Source: Octopus vulgaris (Eukaryota). Taken from it: DNA of 64,000 nucleotides. Under the pieces are notes generated by a model, which worked only from the letters and a program-made list of their open reading frames with translations, was not told the origin of the DNA and ran no database searches. Positions 39,920 to 54,541 of the stretch are shown piece by piece (position 1 is the stretch's first letter; every line of letters begins with the position of its first letter). The stretch covers positions 122,822,001 through 122,886,000 of the forward strand of contig OX597815.1 of the NCBI GenBank assembly GCA_951406725.2, read 5' to 3'. The translations under genes and the position numbers were made by a program.

Positions 39920-40476
39920 TTTTGGCACAAGACCAGCAATTTTTAGAGCGGGGGAAGTGGATTACATCAACCGCAGTACCTAGCCGGTTACTTATTTTAT
40001 CAACCCCGAAGGATGAAAAACAAAGTTGACTTCCGTGGGATTTCAACTCAGACCATAAAAGCATGAGAAATACTGTCGGGCAAAACGTTTAGCAGCGTTT
40101 CTTCCGACTTTACGGTTTTAGTTCAAATACTGCTGAGGTCAACTTTACTTTCATCATTTCGAGATCGATAAAGGAATGTACCAATCAAGTACTGAGGCTG
40201 ATGTGATATAATCGGCTTGTCCCTCGCCTTAAATCTTCTGGACTTGTGCTAAAATTTGAAAGAATAAAATTGTAATTCTTTTTACTATCAGAACAAGGTC
40301 TGAAATTTTGGAGGAGGGACTAGTAGATTGCATTGACCCTAATGTTCAACTGCAACTTATCTTACCGATCCCTGAAAGGGATGAAAGACAAAAATCAATC
40401 TCGACGGAATTCGAACACTGAACGTAAAGACGGAACATTTTATTTGGCGTGCTAGCGATTCTGCAAGCTTACCACC

Positions 40477-40546
<70 letters not shown>

Positions 40547-40710
40547 TAATAATAATAACAGTTTTAAATTTTGGCACAAGGCCAGCAATTTCGGGAGAGG
40601 AGGTAAGTAGATTACATCAACCCCAAAGGATAGAAGGTAAAGTCAACCTCAGCGGAATTTGAGCTCGGAACAGAACTATGGACGAAATGCCTCAAAGCAT
40701 TTTGTCCAAA
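39920..40710. mobile_element. Four old SINE-A copies in mixed orientation around (AAT)n
   Basis: Repeated tttggcacaag tail and gatgaaag/ctttcatc core. Confidence 0.75.
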
Positions 40711-43479
40711 TTATTTTTACGAGAAACATAAGATACGTTCCTCATCTTCTGAAGGGAATAGGATAGTACTGCTGTGATGTAGCAGCTTTGGTATCGGCCG
40801 CTCTGTTGGGAAATTCGCTATTAGTGTTGCTGTTATCGGTCCTCTTTTTCTATCTTCTCCTTCCTGCCAATTCTGGTTATGACCTTTGGTCAGAAGAAAG
40901 TCTCTCGAGAGCAAGGTGACCTTTTCAATTGAATGCCAAATGATGCCTAATGTTGCCTTAGGTTCGCCACTTCCGTGGTCTCCTGCTCCTAAACTTGTGC
41001 TTCCACCTCATTCTCAGTTTTGAAAGCAATGCATAACGAACCATATGCCCTCCCTCTCCCTATGAAAGAGATATTGTTCCACGTCTTAGTGTGCGTTAAG
41101 AAATAACCAAAACTAGCCTTATGCTTCTAATGAGATGAATCTTCCATTGAGACACATTATTTTTTCTAATCTTCTATCTAAGTGAGTCTATTGAACGAAA
41201 CCACTAATGGTTATAAATTATCCCTGTATACAGATAACAATACGTAGTTGGAAAAACCTACTAAAATGGCAGCCAAGATATAAAAATGAATGAGGGACCA
41301 AACAAATCTGCCGAAACCATTATAAGAAGATGCGAATCAACTAAAACTGAGAATATTAGACTCAGACACCGAAATCAGAGAATTAAGCCAAAAGCACTAA
41401 GGGAATTATGAGTTAAGACAGAAAAGTAAGGAAATACTAACAGAGTTCAGAAGCCACCACCTTTGCGCTATTATAGATGGAATATATCGGTCCTACACAC
41501 AAGTAGAGTGGGTCCAGACACGAATAGAAGGCTATTACAAAACAACTGTGGAGCTTGGAGAATATTTAGAAACAAGTAAATGGAGACGAATTAGTGTGAT
41601 CAAAAAGCATTTTGAAATATTCTTCTCTATGTATAACGAAAAAAAAATACAAACTGAAAACTGACTAGAGAAATAAAATCATACAGATACTGACAAAAAA
41701 AAGTAGCATAGATAATTAAAGCAAAGGACTAAAACAAAATGGAATCCCAAAATAGATTGAATAAAAATAGAAAGAAAAACCACCCCATGGCCAATATATC
41801 GCGAGATTCGACAGCGGAATCAAGTCAGTGTGAAATTCAACAAGGGTTAAAAAACTTTGGGCAAAAACAAAAGGTCTGATTTTAACAGAACAGGACTAAT
41901 ATCTAACCACAAACACTACAAAAATGGAACATCAGGTACAGGTTATGCAACCGGTACAATTATACGATTAACCACATCTTAGGCTGTCTATTTCTTGCCT
42001 AGTCCGAGTATGTGCATAAACTTGGTTGAGTGACATCTGTGTAGAAGTTTATAGAGAACCATGAAATATATTTCTTTTGAAATTATATCTTCTTTGAAGC
42101 ATTTAATTCTTTGATTGATGTAAAAGTCCACAAAAGGAGTATTGAATGTGCAGTCTCGGGAAGCAATATCTCTTAGAGCTATAAACTTTGTTATAGACTT
42201 ATCACCCCTCCTGTCTTGAATGTTTTTATTGCTTGTATTTTTACATCAAGAAGTAAATCTTAACTATGGAACGAAATCGAAAATATAATCTATAAAATTC
42301 ATACAACATAAACACTTGGTAGCATAGACCGTGCTTTCGCTAATTTTTATTAGGAACTGCAGACACAGACACCCTCTCGCCCCCCCCCCCCAGCCTTGAT
42401 ACGGCGAAGAATCCACGTTGTCAGTTGAAATTACAGAGAGCTGCATTAGAACTTAACTAATATCTTATGTATCAATCCCAAAAGAATGAAAGTGAGGTTA
42501 ACCTCAACGGGATTTGAACTAAAACCGCAGACTCATCACGAACACCGTAAGGCATTCTATCCGACACTGTAATGATGCTACAATTTTTCTGATATGTGTG
42601 TATATGTGTGTGTGCGTGTGTGTGACATTGAACATTGTAAGATAATTTCTATTTTCTATTTTTATTTGAATCGCTGCTTGTTTCACAAAATGAATTATAG
42701 TAAAGCAAATGTTTGAACTGTAACGATTAATAGCAATCATGAAGTAAACCTCTTTTTTTAATGAGATTATCATACGCGGGTCTTCAGAAATAAACGAATC
42801 TGTATTTTTATTAAATACGCTTATCTGATGATGTTTGGCAGCATCATTGCAGTTTCTTGGTGAACAGCCAATATTCTTAATAATGTCTGGTATTACTTAT
42901 GAGTATTACAGGAAAAAATAATAAATATGAAAATATGTATAGATAATAAATAAATAAAATAAACGCAGACGGCTTCTTCGTTGCGGGTGATGAAGTTAGA
43001 AGTTAGCTTTCAGAATGTTGAATCTTCGATGCTGTTTCGATTTAAAGTTGAAGTCATTAATGCCCCTGGATAATGTATGCGAAATATAGGACCTTTGTTG
43101 CTAGTAAAAAGTAAATATCTATTTAGTTATTGCTGTCAAAATAAAGTGTTTTTGAAACAAGTACTGTTGATTTTAAAGAGCTTATCCTTGCCAATACACT
43201 CACGTAGTTACTGGTAATTAACATAATCAAAATGGCGAATGTATTGCCAACACATTCCATGACATTGTTATCTGTTTTTATAACTTTCTGCATGAAGGCA
43301 GCAGCGAGCTGGCAGAACCGTTAGGGCGTCCGTCTTTATGTCTTAAGCATTTCGTCCGTCTTTATGTTTTAAGTTCAAAATCCCCCGTGTCGACTTTGCC
43401 TATCATCCTTTCGAGGTCGATGAATTAAGAACCTGTTGAGCACTGGGGTCGATGTAAACGCCAATCAGTCGAATGGTTC

Positions 43480-43958
43480 TTCTCTGGGCTCTGTCCGTAA
43501 TATCAGTGTGTTGCAGCATACTGTACAAGATGTGGAAGTAGTGCTTTATAGTTGGTCTCATTTCAACTGTTCTTGGGACTAAAATATCATTTGGCCTTAA
43601 TGAGCAGAGATAGTCTTTGGTGTTATTTATGTTAAGGATGTGCTTTTACCAGGAGAGATTCTCGGAGATAGTGAGACCCATAGCCCATATTAGAGTAAAT
43701 GTGTGAGGTCTCTAGCCGATGAGGGAGGTAAGAGCATTTTCTGGATATAATTAGTACCTGAGTGATTTTTTTTTGCTGGTAAAAGAGACATTGTTGGTAT
43801 GGACCCAATGCATGATGCTCTCAAGGTCTCCGTTTACTGAATCAATGTAGGTTTGGCGTATGATGATGCTTGGATAGGGAAAGTTAGAGAAAAAGGAAAT
43901 ACCGTATCGTCTGCTTAAAAGTGGGCGTTGTTGGATATGACGACAAGTAGGTCACTGA
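43480..43958 (-). mobile_element. Decayed CR1/L2-group LINE RT fragment
   Basis: Minus strand: SDLL...HF*ADDT (YADD), SVNGDLESIMHWVHTNNVSF..KK.Q, GLTISENLSW*KHI. Confidence 0.75.
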
Positions 43959-44456
43959 CTGATTCTTTATTTTATCGACCCCAGAGAAATGAAAGCAACT
44001 TTGGCTTAGCGAGATTTGAACCCAGAGCCTTAAGAGACAGAAGAAATGCTGCTAGGTGTTTTATCTGGTGCTCTCAGTTTTCTGTTCACTCGAAATATTG
44101 AAATTACAATGTAATGGCAAGCTTCTGAAGGCTTCTTGGTATCTAATTTGGAGAATCTTTGCTCTAGGTTCAAATCGTATGAATACAAGAGTGAAAATTG
44201 TAATCCCATTCACTCGACTCATCTTAGTAATATGTCTGTAGTTTTGACTACAAGCATATTTTGTCTATAAACAGCATGTTTATTGGAATTTTGAAGAATA
44301 TTTTATGACTGAACAATAATTTTAATACTTCAGGATTCCTTGAATGAGAAATCTAGGAAAGATCGTTAGCACATATGAAACTTCTCTACATAGAATTTTA
44401 TAAAGTTCATCTACTCAAACAACATGAATCCTTCTTTAATACATTAATTCGTCTTA

Positions 44457-44984
44457 AAGGCGGTGAGCTGGCAGAATCGTTAGCACGCCGGGCGAAATGC
44501 TTAGTGGTATTTCGTCTGTCGCTACGTTCTGAGTTCAAATTCCACCGAGGTCGACTTTGCCTTTCATCCTTTCGAGGTCGATTACATAAGTACCAGTTAC
44601 GCACTAGGGTCAATGTAATCGACTTAATCCGTTTGTCTGTCTTTGTTTGTCCCCTCTATGTTTAGCCCCTTGTGGGCAATAAAGAAATAAGAATCGTTAG
44701 CACGCCGGGCAAAATGCTGCCGAGATCAGCCTAGCCTTTCATCCTTTTGAGGTCTATAAAATATATACCAGTTGAGCACTGGGATCGATGTAATCAACTT
44801 AGCCCCTTCCCCATACCTGCTGGCCTTGTGCTAAAATTTGAAATCAATACATTAATTCGTCTTAAAGCAGCGAACAGGCAGAATCGTTAGCACTCCGAGT
44901 GAAATGCTTGGTGGCATTTCGTCCGCCTTAACGTTCTGAGTTCGAATTCCGCCGCGGTCTTCTTTGCCTTTCATCCTTTCGGGG
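44457..44984 (+). mobile_element. SINE-A array with 22-bp direct repeat aatacattaattcgtcttaaag at 44438 and 44847
   Basis: Dimeric SINE flanked by the direct repeat, followed by a further truncated SINE. Confidence 0.85.
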
Positions 44985-45160
44985 AAATTGCAGAAATTGA
45001 AGAAAAAAAACAACAAATATCTTACAAACCATAGAATTTTCTCAATAAAGCCGAGAGAAAAAGATGTTTTATAAACACATTCTACCAGTATACGAAGTTT
45101 AAAAGTGTTTAGTTACGTGGAAATTATTTTAAAAAACTGCCGTTCAAACCGAAAAGTTCC
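44984..45160. mobile_element. Terminal fragment of the telomere-repeat foldback family
   Basis: Matches 9153-9327. Ends gccgttcaaaccgaaaagttcc. Confidence 0.8.
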
Positions 45161-47741
45161 GATTATGCTTCGCTAGTGAGATCTTAGACCGTAACATATC
45201 TGGAGTTGTTGCTACGAGTCAGACTAGCGTTCCACTACATTCAATGTTTAATTAAATTCAAATTTCCTGTCTACCACATCAATCATGAAAGTGTCATTTT
45301 ACGGTGAAGTTTAGTATATAAACTTCGGAGTTTGATATCTCTGTTGAAGAGTTTATTTCAGATAATCAGAAATAAATTATTTCATATTTATCTGATAGAA
45401 GATCCTCAACAGAGATATTAAACTCCAATTGTCATTGTACGTGTATGTGGGTTACATTTCCTAAAATGCGACTAGTTTTCTACACATTTTCCAGCCATTA
45501 ATTACACTCACAAAGAATTAGTCAACCCCTGGCTACTAAAGAATATACTTGCCCAAAGTTCCACGAAGTGGGATCGAATCTGGTACCACATGTTTCAGAA
45601 GCGAACTTGTTAGCCACACAGCAATATCTATACCTAGATCTACGGTAGAATTGATCGTAGACGTCTTTGTTCCTTCTGATGTTATTTTACAAACTGTACT
45701 TAGATGTTTGCCGATTTGGGAGTCGTTTTACGAGTTGATTGTTGCTTTGGGTACAGATTGTTACGTTGGTGGGATTTACTGCTGAGTACGTTTTTGAGAA
45801 TGTGGCAGTATTTGGTTGGAGTACGTAGCACTGTTACGAGAAGTTGAAATTATAGTGTACCTCTAGGGTATATCTCATGTATATAGTATATGTTGTTAGT
45901 AAGCTCGTTTGGGCTTTTCCTCTGAAAGTCTTACTGTTTGTTTGGATTATTCCTCCCACTCCCACACTTCTGTTGTTTTGTTCCGAAATAAATTAAGATA
46001 GAAAATAAACTAGATTCCTAGGAAATTTGTGATAGACTATCGTGAGAAAAAAAGAAATGAAAAGAAGTTTGTATGCTGTGAAGAGACATGACTGTGAAGA
46101 GCCAGGACCCGTATTTAAAATATCAGAAATCACTTCTTTTCACGGTGAATGAACTTATTCTATACTTTATTTTACGCTTGAATAAATATTTTCCGTTAAA
46201 ACACCCTCACAATAACCCTTTCAGTGAATATTGTAAATTACTGGGATTTCCTATTATTTATGTAGTGGCAGAAGGCGGTAAGTTGGCTGAATCGTCAGAG
46301 CGTAGGAAGAAAACGTTTTACAGCGTTCGTTTTGGTTCTTTACGTTAAGTTCAAATCCTGACGCAAGATCACCTTTACTTTTCATCCATCTGGGGTCGAT
46401 AAAATAAGTACCAGTTTAATTCTGCGGTAAATGGTACCGATTAACATTCTTCTTTCTTAAAATTTCTAGCCTTGTGCCTAAATCACAAACCATTAACTGT
46501 TTTCTGTGGGTTTGTTCTAAAATATTTGGGGTTTTTTTTACATATATTTTCGGAATTATAATCATTAATTTAATGGTCCAGTGAGATCTTTTATCAGTTT
46601 ATGTCTTCTTTATTAGTATTTGATAATAAATTGTGATGGGGTCAACAAATGACGCAGATGGGTTAACAATGATGTCATAATGTGTCAGAAGTGACAATTT
46701 TGATGTCAACAAAATCATTTGATATTTCTACTGAATCTCGAGAAATGAATATAGTAACTGTATGTTCCGTAGCCACTTCTTCAATGTAAAAAGAGGAAAT
46801 TATGGAGAATTTTTTCTGTTTGTGGTGGGATGGTGGTAGCTATACCGTTTTATTTCAAAATGTGTCTTGTCTCTATTTGCCTTTCTGACCTCCATTGCAG
46901 TTTAATAATTAGATCAATGCCAAGATCGATAAACATCAACGAACCATTAATGTGTTTATTAAATTTTGTTTATTTGTTTATTTATTTATTCCTGACTATG
47001 AATGTGTTCGTTTAGAAATAAAATAACTCTGTAAGTTGTGTTTAATGAGAGATTTTATCTGAGGGTGCTTAACATAACACGTGTTTCTGGCTTTAGAGAC
47101 TGTGTTACTAATTTCGAGTCAGCACAAAAGTAAGAATTTGTGCATTCTTTACGGTAATCAACGTGGAAAACGATATGCGTACTAAATACTCCGCACTTAG
47201 ACCTTGAAAGACAATTGCTGATTAAGATTAGTGGAAAGTGGTAACGGCCTAATTACTTGAAGTAAACTCGCTGTGATATTTATGCTCTCAAGCGTTGTCA
47301 TATGAATCTTATATGTATTAACTGCGAACAGACAGGTATTGCAATATCTTGTATTAGCTTCAGAAATAAAAGTAGTTTCAGCTCAAGGAAATAAAGAGGT
47401 ACAAAATAAAATCTTCTTGAGAAAAAAGGTGCTACTGCAGGTTCGAGTCTTACATTAATTGATTAATTAATTACAACCACATTGACAGCATTATCCTCAT
47501 AGCACCGAAATTCAATGTTGATGATATGAAGACCCTAGTTAGTACTTAAGTGCAGAGCCAAATTCATACCTAAAGGTAGCTGGTTGGCTGAACTGTTAGA
47601 GTGTCGGAAAACATACCTTATCGAATTCGTTTTGTCTCTTTATGTTCTGAGTTCAAATCCTGCTGATGTCGACTTTGCCTTTTATGTTTTCAAGAACGCA
47701 GATGTACCTGTAAAGTAAGTGTTTTGGTCTAAGATCATATA

Positions 47742-48913
47742 TCTCTTATTATAAAAGGCAGATTTTATCTGCCTCCCTTTGGGAGTTATACAAATCTACA
47801 ATATAGGATTTCTTCAATTACAATTTACCTAGCAGTTTTGAGAGTACAATGCATCGCGTCATGCCAGGTCCAGTTTTTAAAATTTAAACTCCAATTAAGC
47901 AAAATTTACAGAAAACTCACATTCTGGTGTGTGTGTCAAATGCTTTTCTTAGTCTGGTTTACACCACACGCAAACGCACACACACAGTGGGCAACGAATA
48001 AAATGAAAGTAAATGTAATATTTGTTTCTGTCTATCACGCTGATAGATACATGAGTAAAATGTATGGGAAGCTAACAGATAACAGTGAGTGAAAATGTTT
48101 TTGGAAGAGAGTAAATTAGCGACAGTGATTTGAGGAAGACTAAACTGAAACTATGAAACAGTGTTTATGTATAAACAGACGACACTTATATAAACTCTTT
48201 CGTTACCAAACCGCCCGAATTTACCTATTCATATTTAAATGAGAATATCAGAGTAAATCTCTTTAGTACATTCGTGAAAACACGTATTATACTTCGTAAA
48301 CACTTCAAATACAGTTTTGTACAAAAATCGAAGTGTAATTTTAATTCCGTGAATTATGGGAGATTTTTTTCCGAAATTTGTTCCTATTGTGTTTTCAAAA
48401 TTTGTAATTCTGACAAAAAATGGATACGAATTTCATTATATCAAGCAGCGAGTCAGAATTCGAAGGATTTTCTACTGAAGACCTTCATAAATCTAACTCT
48501 ATGACTGAAAAAAAAAGCATCTTTATATAAGAGTGAAGTTGTGTGTCTGTCTCCTTCGATTTACATTCGTAATTACTCCCACATTTTGCGGTGCAGTTTA
48601 ACCAAAAGCGGGTATCTTATAGTCGTGATTCATATCGAGCCCTTCTGGGTATTAGCGCGCGTCTACGATGAGTCTACGATTTAAAAAAATTTACCATCAT
48701 ATTTTTCCATTTTAATGCATTTTTTTCGCTTTTATATAAGGGAAGTAACTCTCTAAAAATATCTACGATGTGTCAACGATTTTAAAAAAATTTACCTTAA
48801 TTTTTTTTCAATTTTTAATGCATTTTTTTTGCTATTTTTTGGCTATAACTCTCTAAAAATGCTTATATAGTTATTTCCCTTACAACCCGAGCAACGCCGG
48901 GCGATACTGCTAG
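47742..48913 (+). mobile_element. Non-autonomous composite Helitron
   Basis: A|TC 5' end, hairpin cccgagcaacgccggg (48886-48901), CTAG|T 3' end, no TSD. A second TC-type start lies at 48520. Internal ~100-bp tandem duplication at 48663-48860. Confidence 0.85.
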
Positions 48914-49098
48914 TTGAAACTAAAGTGATTGCAGCGTGGAAGACTTAAGTTAGCCATTCAGAAACACACAAAGACTGTCAACTTCATGTAAACATTTATT
49001 TAAGTGAAGTTAAGGGTATTTGTTTCTGAATGGCTAACTTAAGTCTTTCATGCGTCAATCGCTTTAGTTTCAATACACGATCTCAGATCAAAACACTC
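48914..49098. repeat. Inverted repeat interrupted by the Helitron
   Basis: 47718-47741 joined to 48914-48965 is the reverse complement of 49021-49098. Confidence 0.8.
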
Positions 49099-49410
49099 CA
49101 TTTTGTGGGTATCTTGTAATATCAGTTACTTAAACGCCGTGGAAACCGACGTACTTTTCAATTCAATAGGCTTTGATATCACAGGTCAGGAAATATATGC
49201 ATGCATGCATGCATGTATGTATGTATGTATGTATGTATGTATGTATGTATGTATGTATGTATGTATGGTGTGTAAATGTTTCACAGAAAGACACAAAGGA
49301 CGTGGACATGTTCATCCCTCATAAGTTATCGACCAAAAGTCATCCCAATTTCGACACTTTATTGATAATATTGGATGGTGAACATGAAGAATAGAACAAG
49401 ACAAGTACAA

Positions 49411-49472
<62 letters not shown>

Positions 49473-49483
49473 TAATAATAATA

Positions 49484-49530
<47 letters not shown>

Positions 49531-49554
49531 AAATATAATAATAATAATAATAAT

Positions 49555-49740
49555 ATACAAACACATATAACATACAGAAAATTGCACTACTAGGCACTGC
49601 ACACATCCTACGCAGAACACTTTCCATACAATAACCATCAGAGCATCACAACAAATCACAGCACATACCCAAGGCACACAGAGCTGCGCTCGGTAGTGAA
49701 GTGAAAGCACGCTATAAAAATAAAACTACTGAATAAGAAT
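49555..49740 (+). mobile_element. R4/Dong-like LINE 3' end in (TAA)n
   Basis: Encodes NTYNIQKIALLGTAHILRRTLSIQ*. (AAT)n lies on both sides, the known Dong target type. Confidence 0.8.
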
Positions 49741-50074
49741 AATAATAATAATAATAATGGAAGACGGCGTCTATAGACCGAACAGTAAAAAGGTGTGTTT
49801 GAAGACAACGGGAAAATATATCAAAACGAAAAAAAGCAACGACGGTATTGAAGACATAAACAAAAAATACATAACAAAGGCACTTTTTATGCATATTTTT
49901 TTTTTGTACATGGGCTGTGTGGTAAGGAGTTTGCTTCCCAACCACATGGTTCCGAGTTCAGTCCCACTGCGTGACACCATGGGAAGGTGTCTTGTGCTAT
50001 AGCCTTGGGTAGACCAAAGCCTTGTGAATGGATTTTGGCAGATGGAAACTGAAAGAAGCCAATCGTATATATGT

Positions 50075-50139
<65 letters not shown>

Positions 50140-50410
50140 TCCTCCATCACCGCCGCTTAACAACAGGTGTTGGTGTGCTTACATCCCCGTAACATTAGCG
50201 GTTTAGCAAAAGAGATCGGTAGAATAAGAACCAGGTTTCACAAAATGTACTGGAGTCGGTTCATTCAACCAAAAACTCTTCAAGGCATGGCCAAAGTCCT
50301 TTCGGTTGCACAATAGAATTAAAACAAGGCGCGCGTCTTATATATAAATGTATCTATATATTAATGTATATATATATATATGTATATATATATGTGTGTG
50401 TGTATATACA

Positions 50411-50465
<55 letters not shown>

Positions 50466-50484
50466 ATGTGTATATATATGTATA

Positions 50485-50533
<49 letters not shown>

Positions 50534-50788
50534 GTATACGCATATGTATGTATATATATATGTATGTATATATGTATGTGTACATATGTATGTATATATA
50601 TGTAATGTATGTATGTATATATGTATATATATATATGTACATATATATCTATATATGTGTGTATGAGTATATATCGGTGTGTATATGTATATATATATAC
50701 CACAGAACCTCTGAAAACTAGAAACCAGAAAGTATTACACACACACATACACACTTTTTATATATCTGTGTTTCACTTTTTTTTCTAG

Positions 50789-50902
50789 ATTCTACCATTT
50801 CTCTCAACTACTTTGTCTTCTCCTCATGGTCTATCACTGGTGGCAACTTCAAAAAGTAACTTTGGATATGTTCCAATTTGTAACCTGATCCAAGCTTGTA
50901 AA
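50789..50902 (+). other. Possible isolated 114-nt exon
   Basis: ttttttttctAG acceptor, AA|GTAAGT donor, phase-0 open frame ILPFLSTTLSSPHGLSLVATSKSNFGYVPICNLIQACK. No homology recognised. Confidence 0.3.
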
Positions 50903-51109
50903 GTAAGTAAGCATACAGCAACTTACTGTTGAGATTTTCCTATCTATAGATTCTCAAGACGAATTATTTACACCATCCTTCTTCGAGTGACTGTTAGTAA
51001 AACTGCGGATTGAATTATTCACACACACACGCACACACGCACGCGCGCGCACGCACACACGCACGCGCGCGCGCGCACACACACACACATGCACACACAC
51101 ATGCACACA

Positions 51110-51155
<46 letters not shown>

Positions 51156-51363
51156 AGCATATTCTCAGACATACACATGCATTGGCGGCGAGCTGGCAGA
51201 ATCTCTAGCATGCCGGGCGAAATGCTTGCTGGCATTTCTTTTTACTTTCTGTTCTCAGTTCAAATGCCACCGCATCGTCTTTTTCTTTCAGGGTCGATAA
51301 AATAAATGCCATCGGCTTACGCCTCTATGCTGAAATTACTCGCCTTGTGCCAAAATTTGAAGC

Positions 51364-51421
<58 letters not shown>

Positions 51422-51822
51422 GAGTGAGAGAGCAGTGCATGCCATCAAAGTGACACTGAGGTAAAATATACGAAGCCCAGTATACCCATCATGACTACTC
51501 ATCTGATAAGAGTACACCAGGCACATGCATCACAACCAAATGTGCGCGACATGGTGATCTCATATCAAGATAAACAGCGCATGACCTTGGAGGTGGGTCC
51601 CAGTTAGAATTTCTTTCTGGTCGAGTAGCCCATCACGCTCAAAAGGTCCCTGAATAAGGATAGTTTAAGGTTGTTGAACGATCCTCCCATGTTTCCAAAG
51701 CTGAATGATCCAAACCTCCAAGAATTCCTTTCAATCACACAGCTGTGATGCTCCCCCACTACTTCTGCTCATGATCAGAGATGCACATATCGTCAGCCAC
51801 TAAGGGACATGGTCAACTGGTT
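51422..51822. mobile_element. ~400-bp interspersed repeat inserted in (ATT)n
   Basis: Complex sequence bounded on both sides by (ATT)n. Family assignment not made. Confidence 0.55.
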
Positions 51823-51823
51823 A

Positions 51824-51898
<75 letters not shown>

Positions 51899-51900
<2 letters not shown>

Positions 51901-52100
51901 GGCGGTGAGCTGGCTGAGCCGTTAGCACGCCGGGCGAAATGCTTAGCGGCATTTCGTCCGTCTTAACATTCTGAGTTCAAATTCTGCCGAGGTCGACTTT
52001 ACCTTTCATCCTTTCGGAGTCGGTAAAGCACTGGGGTCGATGTAATCGACTGGTTACCCCTCCCCCAAGCTTTAGGCCTTGTGCCTATAATAGAAAGGAT
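51899..52100 (+). mobile_element. SINE-A copy (others at 43298-43460, 46272-46492, 47574-47690, 51183-51365)
   Basis: aaggcggtgagctggc...gccgaggtcgactttacctttcatcc. Confidence 0.85.
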
Positions 52101-52152
52101 TATTATTATTGTTGTTGTTGCTGTTATTTATACAGAATTATATGTGTGTGCG

Positions 52153-52191
<39 letters not shown>

Positions 52192-52959
52192 ATGTATGTA
52201 TATATATATATGTCTATATATGTGTGTATATATATGCATATATATATATGTGTGTGTGTGTGTGTATGTATATATGTATGTATATATATGAACATGTATG
52301 CATGTATATGTATATACATATGTATGTATATACATATACATACATATATATATATGTATATATATATATGCACGTATGTATATATATGTATGCATGTATA
52401 TATATGTGTATGTATGTATACATATGTATGTATGTGTGTATGTGTATATATATATGTGTGTGTGTATATATGTATGTATGTATGTGTGTCTGTATATGTG
52501 TGTTGTGTTTGTGTTTGTCCTCCTCACCACTCATTAACCGGCGTTGGTTTGCTTACGTCCCTGTAACCTACCGATAGAATAAATACCAAACTTCAAAAAA
52601 AAAAAATATCTTTAGTACTACTGTTGATTTTTTCGATTTAAATCCCTTCAAGATGGTACCCCAGTATGGCCACACTCCAGTGACCAAATCATTAGTACAC
52701 AACATTTGGAGAAAGTGTCTTTTACTGGACCCTCAGATTGACTCAAGTTCTGAGAATGAAATTCGTTAAACAGAAACAATAGTTCATACCTGTAGTTCAA
52801 AGAGTTCAAAGAGCCAGCCTTGTTATACACTGTGTCAATAATTGTGCCTGAAGGTTACATTAATGTACAATCCCAATGGAATTGGAAACTACTTGCATTA
52901 ACATACTCTAACTCGTTTAATCTGGACCACAAGATAACACAAATCGTGATCCGAGTTTT

Positions 52960-53188
52960 CGTTCGATGTCACTTTGTCCAATGTCACTTCGTCCACGTCT
53001 TTTGGCCCGATGTCTTTTTGTCCGATGATTCTTTTGTCCAACGACTTTCTGTCCAATTTTAAATAAACTCTTTAGAAAACAAGATGAACATCACAACCAA
53101 ATAATCATTGAGAATTTTACTGATAGGATTTGTCGTTAGACAAAAAAATCATCGGACAAAAAGACGTCGGACGAAAAGACATAGCGCC
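52960..53188. mobile_element. MITE with ~15-bp modular subterminal inverted repeats
   Basis: Left units cgatgtctttttgtc; right units ggacaaaaagacgtc. Confidence 0.65.
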
Positions 53189-53481
53189 AACACAAATATT
53201 CAACAAACTGCCAACAACAAGTTGAGAAATAAGGAGTTACAACATAACTCCTAATAGTAAATATGGAAACATTATACAAAACATTTGAAATACCCTGGGT
53301 TTTCTTGAACACGTAACAGTTTCTATGGATCGTGAACGACACCACACCACCAGCTAGCTTTTATTATAAACCAAGCATGGCTGCTGATTGGCCAGCACTA
53401 CGGACAAGACGAAGAGCAGGGAATCAAAAGCAGTGAACTTAAATGTTTTGTCGTGATAAACGAATCACGAGAGAAATTGAT

Positions 53482-53537
<56 letters not shown>

Positions 53538-53843
53538 CGTGATCACCGTGACAGACCAGGCTATCAGATGTTGCAACACATCGCTGGTCACAATGCGCTT
53601 CGCATTGTTTTAGCCTTCAACTGACGCCACCCCGCTGGCTAAGCGAGCAGGCCAACAGAAGAAAGAGTGAGAGAAAGTTGTGGCGAAAGAGTACAGCAGG
53701 GATCGCCACCCCACCCCCTACCGGAGCCTCGTGGAGATTTAGGTGTTTTCGCTCAATAAACACTCACAACGCCCGGTCTAGGAATCGAAACCGCGATCCT
53801 ACAACCGCGAGTCCACTGTCCTAACCACTGGGCCATTGTGCCT

Positions 53844-53892
<49 letters not shown>

Positions 53893-54315
53893 GTCGAGTA
53901 TATATATACATAGTCGTAGCGCTGGATTAATCATTAAGCAAAATAAGCATGTGCTTAGGGCATCAAAGGAAGGAGGGGGCACCACAGAAATGGTAAATGG
54001 TTTACAGCACAAAAGAAATCACTTTAAACTTTCTAAAATAATATTCGGGGTGCCTTGTCTCTACTAAGTGTAGAAACATATGTATAAGTAAGATTAATTT
54101 TGAGGATCTGATCAAAGACTTTGCAATTAAAAGAAGTAGGAGAAAACTTTTCAAATATAAATAAAGTGGAACTATACAAAAACAAACATTCTTTTCTGTT
54201 AGTTTTTGTTTCATTTTGAAAAATAGACATTTATTTTTATGGTTTATTATTGTTTATAGTTTTGAATAACATATACATGGGAGCACCGAAATCTTTGAAG
54301 TGTTTAGGGCCGCTA

Positions 54316-54478
54316 TAGGACAAGAACGCAATGGGACAAGAACGCAAAACATCCGGACAACTAGATGGTACAAAAAGGGACAACAAAGCATCCAGATAGA
54401 CGATACAAAAAAAACAATGACGGGTCATTCGAAGTCTTTTATCCTCAGTCAAGAACCGGATCATCCTCGCAATTTCGG

Positions 54479-54482
<4 letters not shown>
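54316..54482 (-). mobile_element. 5'-truncated family 2 Penelope-like terminus
   Basis: Minus strand starts tcagccgaaattgcg directly after (TA)n. CTGAGGA at 54448-54442. Confidence 0.8.

Positions 54483-54541
<59 letters not shown>

Noticed and set aside
50338-52577. Many YI/HT/CV-repeat ORFs (also elsewhere in the window)
   Set aside because: Translations of (TA)n, (CA)n and (CATA)n tracts.
52790-52847. Possible minus-strand micro-exon (also minus-strand donors near 12760-12775)
   Set aside because: Weak acceptors, opposite strand to the 50789 candidate, and no protein similarity.
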